Part shown: positions 1-6,481 of the stretch, in pieces
Numbering within the stretch: the first letter of the stretch is position 1
How the letters are laid out: each line of letters opens with the position of its first letter
Origin: a virus
Taxonomy: Duplodnaviria > Caudoviricetes
Length of the DNA stretch: 33,931 nucleotides
Reading direction: 5' to 3' (one strand)
IMG/VR virus record: IMGVR_UViG_3300016476_000798
Span: 1-33,931 of that record
The notes under the pieces: generated by a model
Told to the model about the DNA's origin: nothing
The model's input: the letters and a program-made list of their open reading frames with translations, nothing else
The model's database searches: none
Program-made: the position numbers and the translations under genes

Positions 1-16
1 ACTGAGCTATATCCCC
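1..16 (-). tRNA. 5' fragment of a tRNA truncated by the window edge (Ala-like 5' end, anticodon not visible)
   Basis: Minus strand reads GGGGATA-TA-GCTC-AGT, an acceptor 5' strand plus D-arm start. Confidence 0.7.
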
Positions 17-43
17 ATTATAACAATACTTATCATTTAAAGT

Positions 44-121
44 TGGTCGGGGTGGCAGGATTCGAACCTGCGACCTCCTGCTCCCAAAGCAGGCCGTCTA
101 ACCGGACTGACGTACACCCCG
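44..121 (-). tRNA. tRNA-Pro(UGG)
   Basis: Cloverleaf: CGGGGTG/CACCCCG acceptor, CCTGC-TTTGGGA-GCAGG anticodon arm, TTCGAAT T-loop, encoded CCA. Confidence 0.97.
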
Positions 122-757
122 AAATAACTTATATAAAGTATTACCTTTATTAAAAACTTCTAACACATCAACATGCTGTTCAACAAACGTTTGCGTGAAC
201 GCTGAATCATATGTATAGCTATATGTATCATTGTACTTGGTAAAACCATTTACAGAATAGGTTTCTTTTTTGTTTTCTAATACACACAGCTCACCGCTAA
301 AAGATTTGTACCATTCACCCATAATGCTTATTTCATTGATGAGATCATTTACAATATGCTTTGCGGCTGCTCCTGTAAAATTTAAATTTTTGTGATCAGT
401 TCTAGCATCACATATTCCAGTTTCTGTAATACCGTGTATGCTTTTTACTTGATCTGTAAAATTTAATCTAAAACAGTAATATAGTTTTGAATTTGAAAAC
501 AAATCATTTATAACATTTATATCTTGAGGATATAACATCAGTAAATGATTTACGTGAAACTTAGCAACAACATCTTCTGTTTTAGCACGTTCAATTAACT
601 GCTTCACTATCAGTGTGATTGGTGTTGTGAGTTCATTATCTTTGTTTCTGTGATCAGTTACAGGCTCATATAAATTTGTTGCACTGTATTGACCAGCTAA
701 CAATCTACACAACGAATTGCTTCCGCTCCTAGGTGTAGATATAATTAAATGTAGCAT
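98..757 (-). CDS. Sulfotransferase-fold (P-loop) protein
   Basis: N-terminal STPRSGSNSL resembles the PAPS-binding 5'-PSB loop; stop codon lies inside tRNA-Pro. Confidence 0.6.
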   Translation of the reverse strand: MLHLIISTPRSGSNSLCRLLAGQYSATNLYEPVTDHRNKDNELTTPITLIVKQLIERAKTEDVVAKFHVNHLLMLYPQDINVINDLFSNSKLYYCFRLNFTDQVKSIHGITETGICDARTDHKNLNFTGAAAKHIVNDLINEISIMGEWYKSFSGELCVLENKKETYSVNGFTKYNDTYSYTYDSAFTQTFVEQHVDVLEVFNKGNTLYKLFRGVRQSG

Positions 758-778
758 AATACTACTTATCTTTGCAAT

Positions 779-873
779 TGGTACTCCCAGCAGGATTCGA
801 ACCTGCGGCCTTGCGCTAATCTGGCGCTAATACCGTGTATAAGACGGCTGCTCTACCGCTGAGCTATGGGAGT
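779..873 (-). tRNA. tRNA-Ile(UAU) with a long variable arm
   Basis: ACTCCCA/TGGGAGT acceptor, GCCGT-CTTATAC-ACGGT anticodon arm, about 25-nt variable region with GCGC-CAGATTA-GCGC hairpin, T-arm, ACCA end. Confidence 0.88.
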
Positions 874-874
874 A

Positions 875-950
875 TGGTATCAGCAGGTGGGTTCGAACCA
901 CCGACCTACACCTTATCAGGGTGTTGCTCTACCTACTGAGCTATGCTGAT
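875..950 (-). tRNA. tRNA-Ile(GAU)
   Basis: ATCAGCA/TGCTGAT acceptor, ACACC-CTGATAA-GGTGT, encoded CCA. Confidence 0.97.
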
Positions 951-960
951 ATACTACAAT

Positions 961-1107
961 TTTAGATAACTGTTCAGTTTACTACTCTTTTGCCGACTGA
1001 TGTAGCAGAATCTACACTGTGCTTTTCCTAGGATCACAGTCATTAAGCCGCAAGCAAGGTTAGTCCTCGGTATGTCGATTCGCCAACGAGCTAAACAGTT
1101 ATCTAAA
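961..1107 (-). ncRNA. Candidate structured ncRNA A within the tRNA array
   Basis: 17-bp closing helix (961-977 with 1091-1107, one G-U on the minus strand) enclosing hairpins ACTGTG/CACAGT, TGTAG/CTACA and AGG/CCT. Confidence 0.65.
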
Positions 1108-1110
1108 CTT

Positions 1111-1188
1111 TGGAGGGACGGGCCAGATTTGAACTGGCGGCTTTAAGGTTTTGCAGACCTTTGCGTTGGGCCACTCCGCCACCGTCCC
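1111..1188 (-). tRNA. tRNA-Cys(GCA)
   Basis: GGGACGG/CCGTCCC acceptor, AAGGT-CTGCAAA-ACCTT, U discriminator, CCA. Confidence 0.96.
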
Positions 1189-1194
1189 AAGAAA

Positions 1195-1302
1195 CTGATG
1201 CCCGGGTTATTTTACTAGCATACGGGCGGCGCTAGCCGTTTTGTTTTCAATGTCCTTGGCAGAAATGCGCTGTAACATTGGTTCAGCAGACGGGACTGCT
1301 TG
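1195..1302 (-). ncRNA. Candidate structured ncRNA B with an H-type pseudoknot
   Basis: Hairpins AGCAG/CTGCT and CAATGT/ACATTG followed by interleaved CTAGC..GCCCG..GCTAG..CGGGC. Confidence 0.5.
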
Positions 1303-1305
1303 TTC

Positions 1306-1381
1306 TGGTGCCGGGTAAAGGAGTCGAACCCTCGACCTTCTCATTACAAGTGAGCTGCTCTACCAACTGAGCTAACCCGGC
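1306..1381 (-). tRNA. tRNA-Thr(UGU), copy 1
   Basis: GCCGGGT/ACCCGGC acceptor, CTCA-CTTGTAA-TGAG, CCA. Confidence 0.96.
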
Positions 1382-1394
1382 GTATCTCTTATAG

Positions 1395-1551
1395 CCACAC
1401 TCTTTCGAATGTGGGTATTAAAACACACTATACAAATGTGCTTTAATACTCTAGGTTTTTACCACCGGTGTTGTCGCCACCAGCTTCTCATCCCCTAGGC
1501 CGCCCACGTTAGTAGCAACTTGTTTAAAGTGTCTTGCAGGACCGCGTTCCC
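1395..1551 (-). ncRNA. Candidate structured ncRNA C at the head of the tRNA array
   Basis: CTAGG/CCTAG enclosing CTGGTG/CACCGG, then GTATTAAAGCACA/TGTGTTTTAATAC and CCACATTC-GAAA-GAGTGTGG hairpins; starts just after a sigma70 promoter. Confidence 0.55.
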
Positions 1552-1567
1552 TATTAACACTTGACTA

Positions 1568-1596
1568 ACTATACGCTAACTTTAACTATGTGTCAA
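1568..1596 (-). promoter_or_regulatory. sigma70-like promoter proximal to the tRNA array
   Basis: TTGACA-N17-TATAGT. Confidence 0.8.
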
Positions 1597-1620
1597 CATC
1601 TTTTTTTGATCTAACACTAA

Positions 1621-1656
1621 AATAAAAAACCCCCGGTTGCTTCTGCTTCCGGGGGT
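1621..1656 (-). terminator. Intrinsic terminator (attenuator) upstream of the tRNA array
   Basis: ACCCCCGG-12 nt loop-CCGGGGGT followed by a U-rich tract (TTTTTATTTT). Confidence 0.88.
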
Positions 1657-1704
1657 CTCAATTAACGTAAATTTATGCGTATAGCTAGATTACGTTAAGC
1701 CCCC
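1651..1704 (-). promoter_or_regulatory. Putative antiterminator helix
   Basis: GGGGG-C-TTAACGTAA (1690-1704) is complementary to TTACGTTAA-TTGAGA-CCCCC (1651-1670), sequestering the 5' arm of the terminator. Confidence 0.7.
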
Positions 1705-1801
1705 TCATATCGATTGTAAATGCACAACCGTAATGGGTCACCTGCCAATTACTTGGCATGCGGTTCTCTGGTTTTGCTATCGATACTGTTTGCTTTATCA
1801 T
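1685..1801 (-). CDS. Putative 38-aa leader peptide MIKQTVSIAKPENRMPSNWQVTHYGCAFTIDMRGLNVI (not in ORF track)
   Basis: Hand-translated open frame ATG..TAG; ATG is 6 nt after a perfect -10 box; contains all 20 amino acids; ends in the antiterminator strand. Confidence 0.7.
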   Translation of the reverse strand: MIKQTVSIAKPENRMPSNWQVTHYGCAFTIDMRGLNVI

Positions 1802-1807
1802 AACCTT

Positions 1808-1835
1808 ATTATACACAACTATAGATTGTTGTCAA
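1808..1835 (-). promoter_or_regulatory. sigma70-like promoter for the leader peptide
   Basis: TTGACA-N16-TATAAT; a late-type GATAAATA also lies at 1852-1859. Confidence 0.82.
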
Positions 1836-1881
1836 CCTTTTTTGTTAATTTTATTTATCATCTTGAATTAAAAAGGGTTTT

Positions 1882-2199
1882 TTAACTGAATATATCCGAG
1901 AAAGTTAAGCCAACTACGTCCAAATAACGTTCCCAATACTTCTTTTCAATAGCCCTAATATCATCAGTGAGGAATTCTTTAAGATAAGAATTCCACGTTT
2001 CTACATCCTTCCAAATGACTTGGTCTTCGTTATAATATGCATCCTGTCTAGACACAGCGATGTCTACCATCTTACTGTGCATAGAAGTTGCTTGAGACCA
2101 TTCGGCTTGCTCTTCAGCTGACAACGTTTCGATCCACTTGTCGATGCTGAAATCTCCGCCCTCATCATCTTTAGGCCAGTGTACGTTAATAACTTGCAT
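1882..2199 (-). CDS. Hypothetical acidic protein
   Basis: 105-aa ORF translationally coupled (TAATG) to queD. Confidence 0.75.
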   Translation of the reverse strand: MQVINVHWPKDDEGGDFSIDKWIETLSAEEQAEWSQATSMHSKMVDIAVSRQDAYYNEDQVIWKDVETWNSYLKEFLTDDIRAIEKKYWERYLDVVGLTFSDIFS

Positions 2200-2705
2200 T
2201 AGTCAAACAATTCCTCATTCCATTCACGGTGTCCCTCACGGAAAGCCATGTTAGCTTGCGTTTCACGAACTTCTACGCGGTAGCACCACAGACGTTCAGC
2301 CTCTGACTTACCCCACATATCAGGAATATAAACCCCGTTTACGTACTTGTAGATCTGGTCAGCGAGACTTTCGCAACCTAGACGGGGAAGAATGTTCAGC
2401 TTTGCTAGACCCTTAGATTCAAGTAGCTTGAACGTTTCAAGCTCAGGATCATCCTCTGCAACAAGCAGTGTGTGATCAAACTGATCTTCTAGAAGGTTCT
2501 TCAGTTCCTTAAGACCACCATAGTCAGCAGCCCAGTTGCGAACGTCTAGATCATTAGTACCAAAGAAAAGTTTGATAGAAAAACTGTAGCCGTGAATTAG
2601 ATTACAGTGACTATCAGCTCTCCATTGGCGATAAGCACATGGGAACTGATCAACATATTCTTTTGTGCTAGTGTACTTGTACAGTACTGGTTCATATTTT
2701 GCCAT
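2199..2705 (-). CDS. queD: QueD / 6-pyruvoyl-tetrahydropterin synthase family protein
   Basis: CNLIHGYSF, DYGGLK, FDHTLL and C-terminal VEVRET motifs; start moved to MAKY behind SD GAGGAG. Confidence 0.9.
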   Translation of the reverse strand: MAKYEPVLYKYTSTKEYVDQFPCAYRQWRADSHCNLIHGYSFSIKLFFGTNDLDVRNWAADYGGLKELKNLLEDQFDHTLLVAEDDPELETFKLLESKGLAKLNILPRLGCESLADQIYKYVNGVYIPDMWGKSEAERLWCYRVEVRETQANMAFREGHREWNEELFD

Positions 2706-2728
2706 TGTTATTTCTCCTCTAAATAGCA

Positions 2729-2774
2729 ATGACACGCAGAATTTTTAAAGAGGGATGAGCGTCCTAAGTCCTCT
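2729..2774 (-). promoter_or_regulatory. preQ1-I-like pseudoknot element in the queD 5' UTR
   Basis: AGAGG-ACTTAGGACGCTCATC-CCTCT-TTAAAAATT-CTGCGTGTC: 5-bp P1, A-rich tail, loop ACGC pairing with tail GCGT. Confidence 0.5.
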
Positions 2775-2779
2775 ACTAT

Positions 2780-2826
2780 TATTTATATAGTACGTAAAGT
2801 ATACAACATAAATTCGGTATTGTCAA
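2780..2826 (-). promoter_or_regulatory. Tandem sigma70-like and T4-late-like promoters for queD
   Basis: TTGACA-N17-TATACT (2798-2826) and TATAAATA (2780-2787). Confidence 0.75.
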
Positions 2827-4046
2827 GCAAATGATTTCGTAATCATTTCATTTAAAGTTTGAACACTGCCCAATGCATTCTTTTCTAATTGAGCAAAATT
2901 ATATTCTGTTATAAATTTTATTTCGTCGTAGTTAGAAGACTGGATTAGTTCTTTAGTAGCGTCAATTACCATTATTAGTCGCTTTCGATCGTTCCGACAA
3001 ACATCATACATTTCATTACACAGTGTTCCAAATGTCTTATAACCTCTGCTTTTTAAGACTTCCAATAGACCGGGTGTACCTAATATAGTAAACGGATGAT
3101 GGTTATAAATTGTTTTAAATATTTTTTCTGTCAAGAACGAACCTTGGTTATTATAAAAGAAGGTTTCCGGGACTAGACTAACTTTAGTGTCACTGAATAT
3201 TTTTTCGTGATCATACGGGTACCCAGGACAATGATTAATAAATTCTTCTTTCTTAGTTATAGGACTGTTGCGTTTAAAATAAAAATATCTAACGTTATCA
3301 ATTGATCCGTGATGCTGTAACAGCATGTTAGCGATTGTTTCTTTATCAACCTGTTTTTTAAACCAACTTTGATATTCCTGTGCAGTATCCTCGGCTAACG
3401 AGTCTATATCATCTTTGTCAATTAAGCAGCCTGTTACTGCACGATCTAGTAGGTTACTTTGCCATAGTTCACACATAGCAATTATTCTAACCAGTTTACT
3501 TACTTTACCGTACTGGTATCTTAGTAGTTTAGGTGCAGCACTATTGAACGACTTGTTGCACCCACAACCTAACACTTGATGAAAAAAGAATGTTTGTAAC
3601 TCGTAGTAGTCTATTAAAATTATTTGTTGGTCAGACAAACCAATTCCTTTACCAACCTTTGAAAAGCATTGGTTGTATTGATATAGATTACCAATCAGAA
3701 TAATGTCTTTTAGTGGAATGTTGTAATGATTGATACAACTTTTTATAAAATCTATTTCTGCATCAATTACTGCTTCACTGTGTGCATTTCCATAATTTAA
3801 TACAGATTCATTTGCGTAATAAAGAACTACTTTATCACCAGCAGAGTATGTTCCTCGACTAAAAGCTATTGACCTACCTTTTAGCCAAGGAACACTCTTA
3901 GACTCTAGCTGATTTGCTTCATTTAAAAATAAAAAATTTAAAGGAATGTTTGCAGTATAATAGTCACTATTTAGAAACCAATCCAAACTTTGATTAAATC
4001 TAGGATCCAAACCACCGTTTATTGATTTAACATTAGAATCTAACAT
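2823..4046 (-). CDS. Glycosyltransferase-like protein, 'ET..TEK..HPF..G.PG..KTF' family paralog 1
   Basis: C-terminal VPETFF..FLTEKIFK..HPFTILGTPG..GYKTF..YD block shared with two other ORFs in the window. Confidence 0.6.
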   Translation of the reverse strand: MLDSNVKSINGGLDPRFNQSLDWFLNSDYYTANIPLNFLFLNEANQLESKSVPWLKGRSIAFSRGTYSAGDKVVLYYANESVLNYGNAHSEAVIDAEIDFIKSCINHYNIPLKDIILIGNLYQYNQCFSKVGKGIGLSDQQIILIDYYELQTFFFHQVLGCGCNKSFNSAAPKLLRYQYGKVSKLVRIIAMCELWQSNLLDRAVTGCLIDKDDIDSLAEDTAQEYQSWFKKQVDKETIANMLLQHHGSIDNVRYFYFKRNSPITKKEEFINHCPGYPYDHEKIFSDTKVSLVPETFFYNNQGSFLTEKIFKTIYNHHPFTILGTPGLLEVLKSRGYKTFGTLCNEMYDVCRNDRKRLIMVIDATKELIQSSNYDEIKFITEYNFAQLEKNALGSVQTLNEMITKSFA

Positions 4047-4067
4047 TATATACTGCTCATAGTAAAG

Positions 4068-4511
4068 TTATTTGCACCAGCTTTGTTTAGCGTCGCCGTA
4101 ATATTCGCGAGCAAAGCCATTCTTAATTAGCAGTGCGCGAAGACTCATACCATCTAGTATAATATCACCTAGAACACGACCACCAAACTTATCCCAGCTG
4201 TAAAGAACAACCTGATGCTTTTTAGTAGCTTTGATCACATCTTTAGTGAAGATAGAAGCCTGCTCGCCTCGTTGCTTTTCGCTTTCGCACTGACCGCGAA
4301 AGCCCTTTTCAGGAGTATCTACACCAAATACTCTAACAGCAAGTTCTGGCTTTAATGGAGCCGGAAGATAAGGTGCTGCGATTACTACAGTGTCTCCGTC
4401 GGTTGCTCGGATAATTTGAGCGTCATAGGTTACACCAACTGGTGTCTTTTGTGCTAGTGCCGGTGTTGCTGATACTAGTAATGCTGCTACCAGCATAAAT
4501 TGCTTAATCAT
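4068..4511 (-). CDS. Thermonuclease (SNase family) with signal peptide
   Basis: DGDT, RVFGVDTPE and DKFGGRVLG motifs; N-terminal signal ending in ALA. Confidence 0.9.
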   Translation of the reverse strand: MIKQFMLVAALLVSATPALAQKTPVGVTYDAQIIRATDGDTVVIAAPYLPAPLKPELAVRVFGVDTPEKGFRGQCESEKQRGEQASIFTKDVIKATKKHQVVLYSWDKFGGRVLGDIILDGMSLRALLIKNGFAREYYGDAKQSWCK

Positions 4512-4516
4512 GAAAA

Positions 4517-4561
4517 ATCTCCTGTGTTGATTATAGTAGTATTTATTTCAACACAGGAGAT
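4517..4561 (-). promoter_or_regulatory. SD-sequestering hairpin with a late promoter in its loop
   Basis: 14-bp perfect inverted repeat ATCTCCTGTGTTGA/TCAACACAGGAGAT; loop contains AATAAATA; 3' arm contains the AGGAGA SD of the nuclease gene. Confidence 0.75.
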
Positions 4562-4565
4562 CTCA

Positions 4566-5165
4566 TTAATGTGAACGTCTGTAAAAAATGTGGTTACCTA
4601 TGCGTATGGTCTTTTTAAATGTTCTAGACCAACTAGGCTGCACATAGACTGCGTGGAAGAATAGCGCACCATAGGTGGGGTCAAAAATCTTACCCGCCAT
4701 GGCCTGTTTGGCTATTCTTAGGCTCTCCCTCCAGCTGTCTGAATGCTGTTTAGGTTGAGCTTTTCTAGCACACACCCAACTAAATTGGCAGACTCCTCTG
4801 CTTTTCTGATACACTACGTTACATACTGAATCAGGAAAGTGTGAGCTGTTCGCTCTGTTAAGTGTGACGTGCGCTACGGCTGCTTTGCCTTTCGCACTTT
4901 CTGCACCAGCTTCATGGTAAATGTTTGTAGCTAAACACATTAGCTGTTTGTTGTTTACCTGAGGCTCTTGTTGTTTTAGCAGCAAGGCCCTTGTTGGTAC
5001 AGGTGTGTATAATGCACGTGATTCTTCAATCTTGTCTATGTGTTGTTGAGTAAAGCTACTAGAGCTCTCCTCTGCTAACGCATTAGTTGACGCAAATAAA
5101 ACTCCGATAGTTAAAGCTACGACAACATTTCTAATGGTTAGACTAATGCCTTGTTTAAGGGACAT
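4566..5165 (-). CDS. SleB-like cell wall hydrolase (Hydrolase_2), paralog 1
   Basis: CLATNIYHEAG, VVYQ..CQFSW, ALFFHA, IGNHIFY; N-terminal signal/TM; strong SD GGAGGAG. Confidence 0.92.
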   Translation of the reverse strand: MSLKQGISLTIRNVVVALTIGVLFASTNALAEESSSSFTQQHIDKIEESRALYTPVPTRALLLKQQEPQVNNKQLMCLATNIYHEAGAESAKGKAAVAHVTLNRANSSHFPDSVCNVVYQKSRGVCQFSWVCARKAQPKQHSDSWRESLRIAKQAMAGKIFDPTYGALFFHAVYVQPSWSRTFKKTIRIGNHIFYRRSH

Positions 5166-5198
5166 TACTCCTCCTCCTTATTAATGTTTGTTTTTGCC

Positions 5199-5528
5199 TT
5201 ACTTAAAGAATATCAATGCCATCAATATTGATTGTCCAATAAAACCAAAACCAATGATATTCAACGCTACGAAATTTCTTTCCAAGATAGACTTGACATA
5301 GAAAAGTCCTAACGCTGCCCAAAGAATAATAACCATGTCAATGGGCGGTGTGTTGTCTGTAAGTCCTGTCATCAGCCCAAGTAAGGAAGGAACTGTGACA
5401 GCATGTAGCGCAATTAGAGCAGTCCAACCGATACTATCGATAGAAACTTTTCTAATGCTGTTCTTAAACTCAACTGCACACTTGTTAAAAAAGTTTTTCA
5501 TTTTGAGTTTGAGAATTTCTGTGTTCAT
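5199..5528 (-). CDS. Small 3-TM membrane protein (PQ-loop/SemiSWEET-like pattern)
   Basis: Three hydrophobic segments with IG..P spacing; family assignment tentative. Confidence 0.55.
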   Translation of the reverse strand: MNTEILKLKMKNFFNKCAVEFKNSIRKVSIDSIGWTALIALHAVTVPSLLGLMTGLTDNTPPIDMVIILWAALGLFYVKSILERNFVALNIIGFGFIGQSILMALIFFK

Positions 5529-6070
5529 GTTGTTTGTTTACCTTTGTAAAAAATATGCTGTCCAATTTTTGTGATCTTTTTATAACCCCAATTTGGATTC
5601 ACATAATCTGCATGATAAAACAATGCTTGATCCAGAGACTCTAATCTAAAGTTCTCTAGTAGAACCATCTTAGCTACACGATAACTTTCGTCATATAGCT
5701 CTCGATTTACCGGGCGGTTCCTATGTGTTGAATCGCAGTACCAGCTAAACTGGCATACAACCCTTCCGGTGAAACTGTTCTTTTGGTACACTACATCACA
5801 AACCTCACTAGGGAAATCTGGGTTCTGCGTACGGTTCATTGTAACTTGTGCTACAGCAACCTTGCCTTCAAAAGGTTCGTTTCCTGCTTCTCTATAAATG
5901 TTAATAGCTAGGCAGTTTAGATCCTTTTTAACCTGTTCGGCAGATGCTGTGTTCATTCCAGTTTTAGGATCGGTGTGCTTAAACTTGTATGTGGTTACTG
6001 CGGAAGTAAGCAAGCCTACAACTACTACACCGGCTACAAGATTAGCCCATTTCATCGACTTTTCTATCAT
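5525..6070 (-). CDS. SleB-like cell wall hydrolase (Hydrolase_2), paralog 2
   Basis: CLAINIYREAG, CQFSW, LFYHADYVNP, IGQHIFY; start moved to MIEK behind SD AAGGAGG. Confidence 0.92.
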   Translation of the reverse strand: MIEKSMKWANLVAGVVVVGLLTSAVTTYKFKHTDPKTGMNTASAEQVKKDLNCLAINIYREAGNEPFEGKVAVAQVTMNRTQNPDFPSEVCDVVYQKNSFTGRVVCQFSWYCDSTHRNRPVNRELYDESYRVAKMVLLENFRLESLDQALFYHADYVNPNWGYKKITKIGQHIFYKGKQTT

Positions 6071-6141
6071 ATATTCCTCCTTTTGGGCAAAGCCCTCGGT
6101 TGGTAACAAGACGTCCTTCGACAACTTTACATTGTCGTTAC

Positions 6142-6170
6142 ATTATATAACACTAAAACGGAAATGTCAA
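6142..6170 (-). promoter_or_regulatory. sigma70-like promoter
   Basis: Perfect TTGACA-N17-TATAAT. Confidence 0.85.
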
Positions 6171-6193
6171 GTTTATGTGTTTTTGGGCATCCG

Positions 6194-6481
6194 TTAAGCT
6201 AGCTTAATGGATGAAGTTGCTTCTGTGTACGCCTTAGCAATTTCGCTGTCTGTTGGCGCATAAGCTATTACCGTGTGTTTATTTAGCTTTGTAACCTCTG
6301 GCTGCGTAGTCATCATCCAGGGCACAATACCCATTCCTTGCTGTCCCATAGCTAAGGTGCAGGGTTTACGTACATGAATTTCTGTGTCTGTTTCGGAAAC
6401 GAATCTTCCGAGTACTTCTTCACCAGTAAGAAGTTTAATACTAACGATATCGCCTTGATCTAGTGGCTTTTGAATTAACAT
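6194..6481 (-). CDS. Small phage protein, possible Sm/LSm-like fold
   Basis: GDIVSIKLLTGEEVLGRF resembles the Sm1 strand-turn-strand pattern. Confidence 0.55.
   Translation of the reverse strand: MLIQKPLDQGDIVSIKLLTGEEVLGRFVSETDTEIHVRKPCTLAMGQQGMGIVPWMMTTQPEVTKLNKHTVIAYAPTDSEIAKAYTEATSSIKLA

Noticed and set aside
809-833. Intron in tRNA-Ile(UAU)
   Set aside because: The extra sequence is in the variable region, forms its own hairpin and is far too short for a self-splicing intron.
1395-1414. c-di-GMP-I riboswitch (CCACATTC-GAAA-GAGTGTGG resembles its P2)
   Set aside because: The flanking junction and tetraloop-receptor sequences are absent.
961-1551. Hammerhead or HDV-like (theta) ribozymes next to tRNAs
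   Set aside because: Partial CTGATG and GATGAG matches lack a full hammerhead core; no HDV nested double pseudoknot could be built by eye; the tRNAs already encode CCA. A covariance search is still worthwhile.
2199-2705. Complete 7-deazaguanine DNA-modification cluster
   Set aside because: Only queD is here; folE, queC, queE and dpdA are not in the window.
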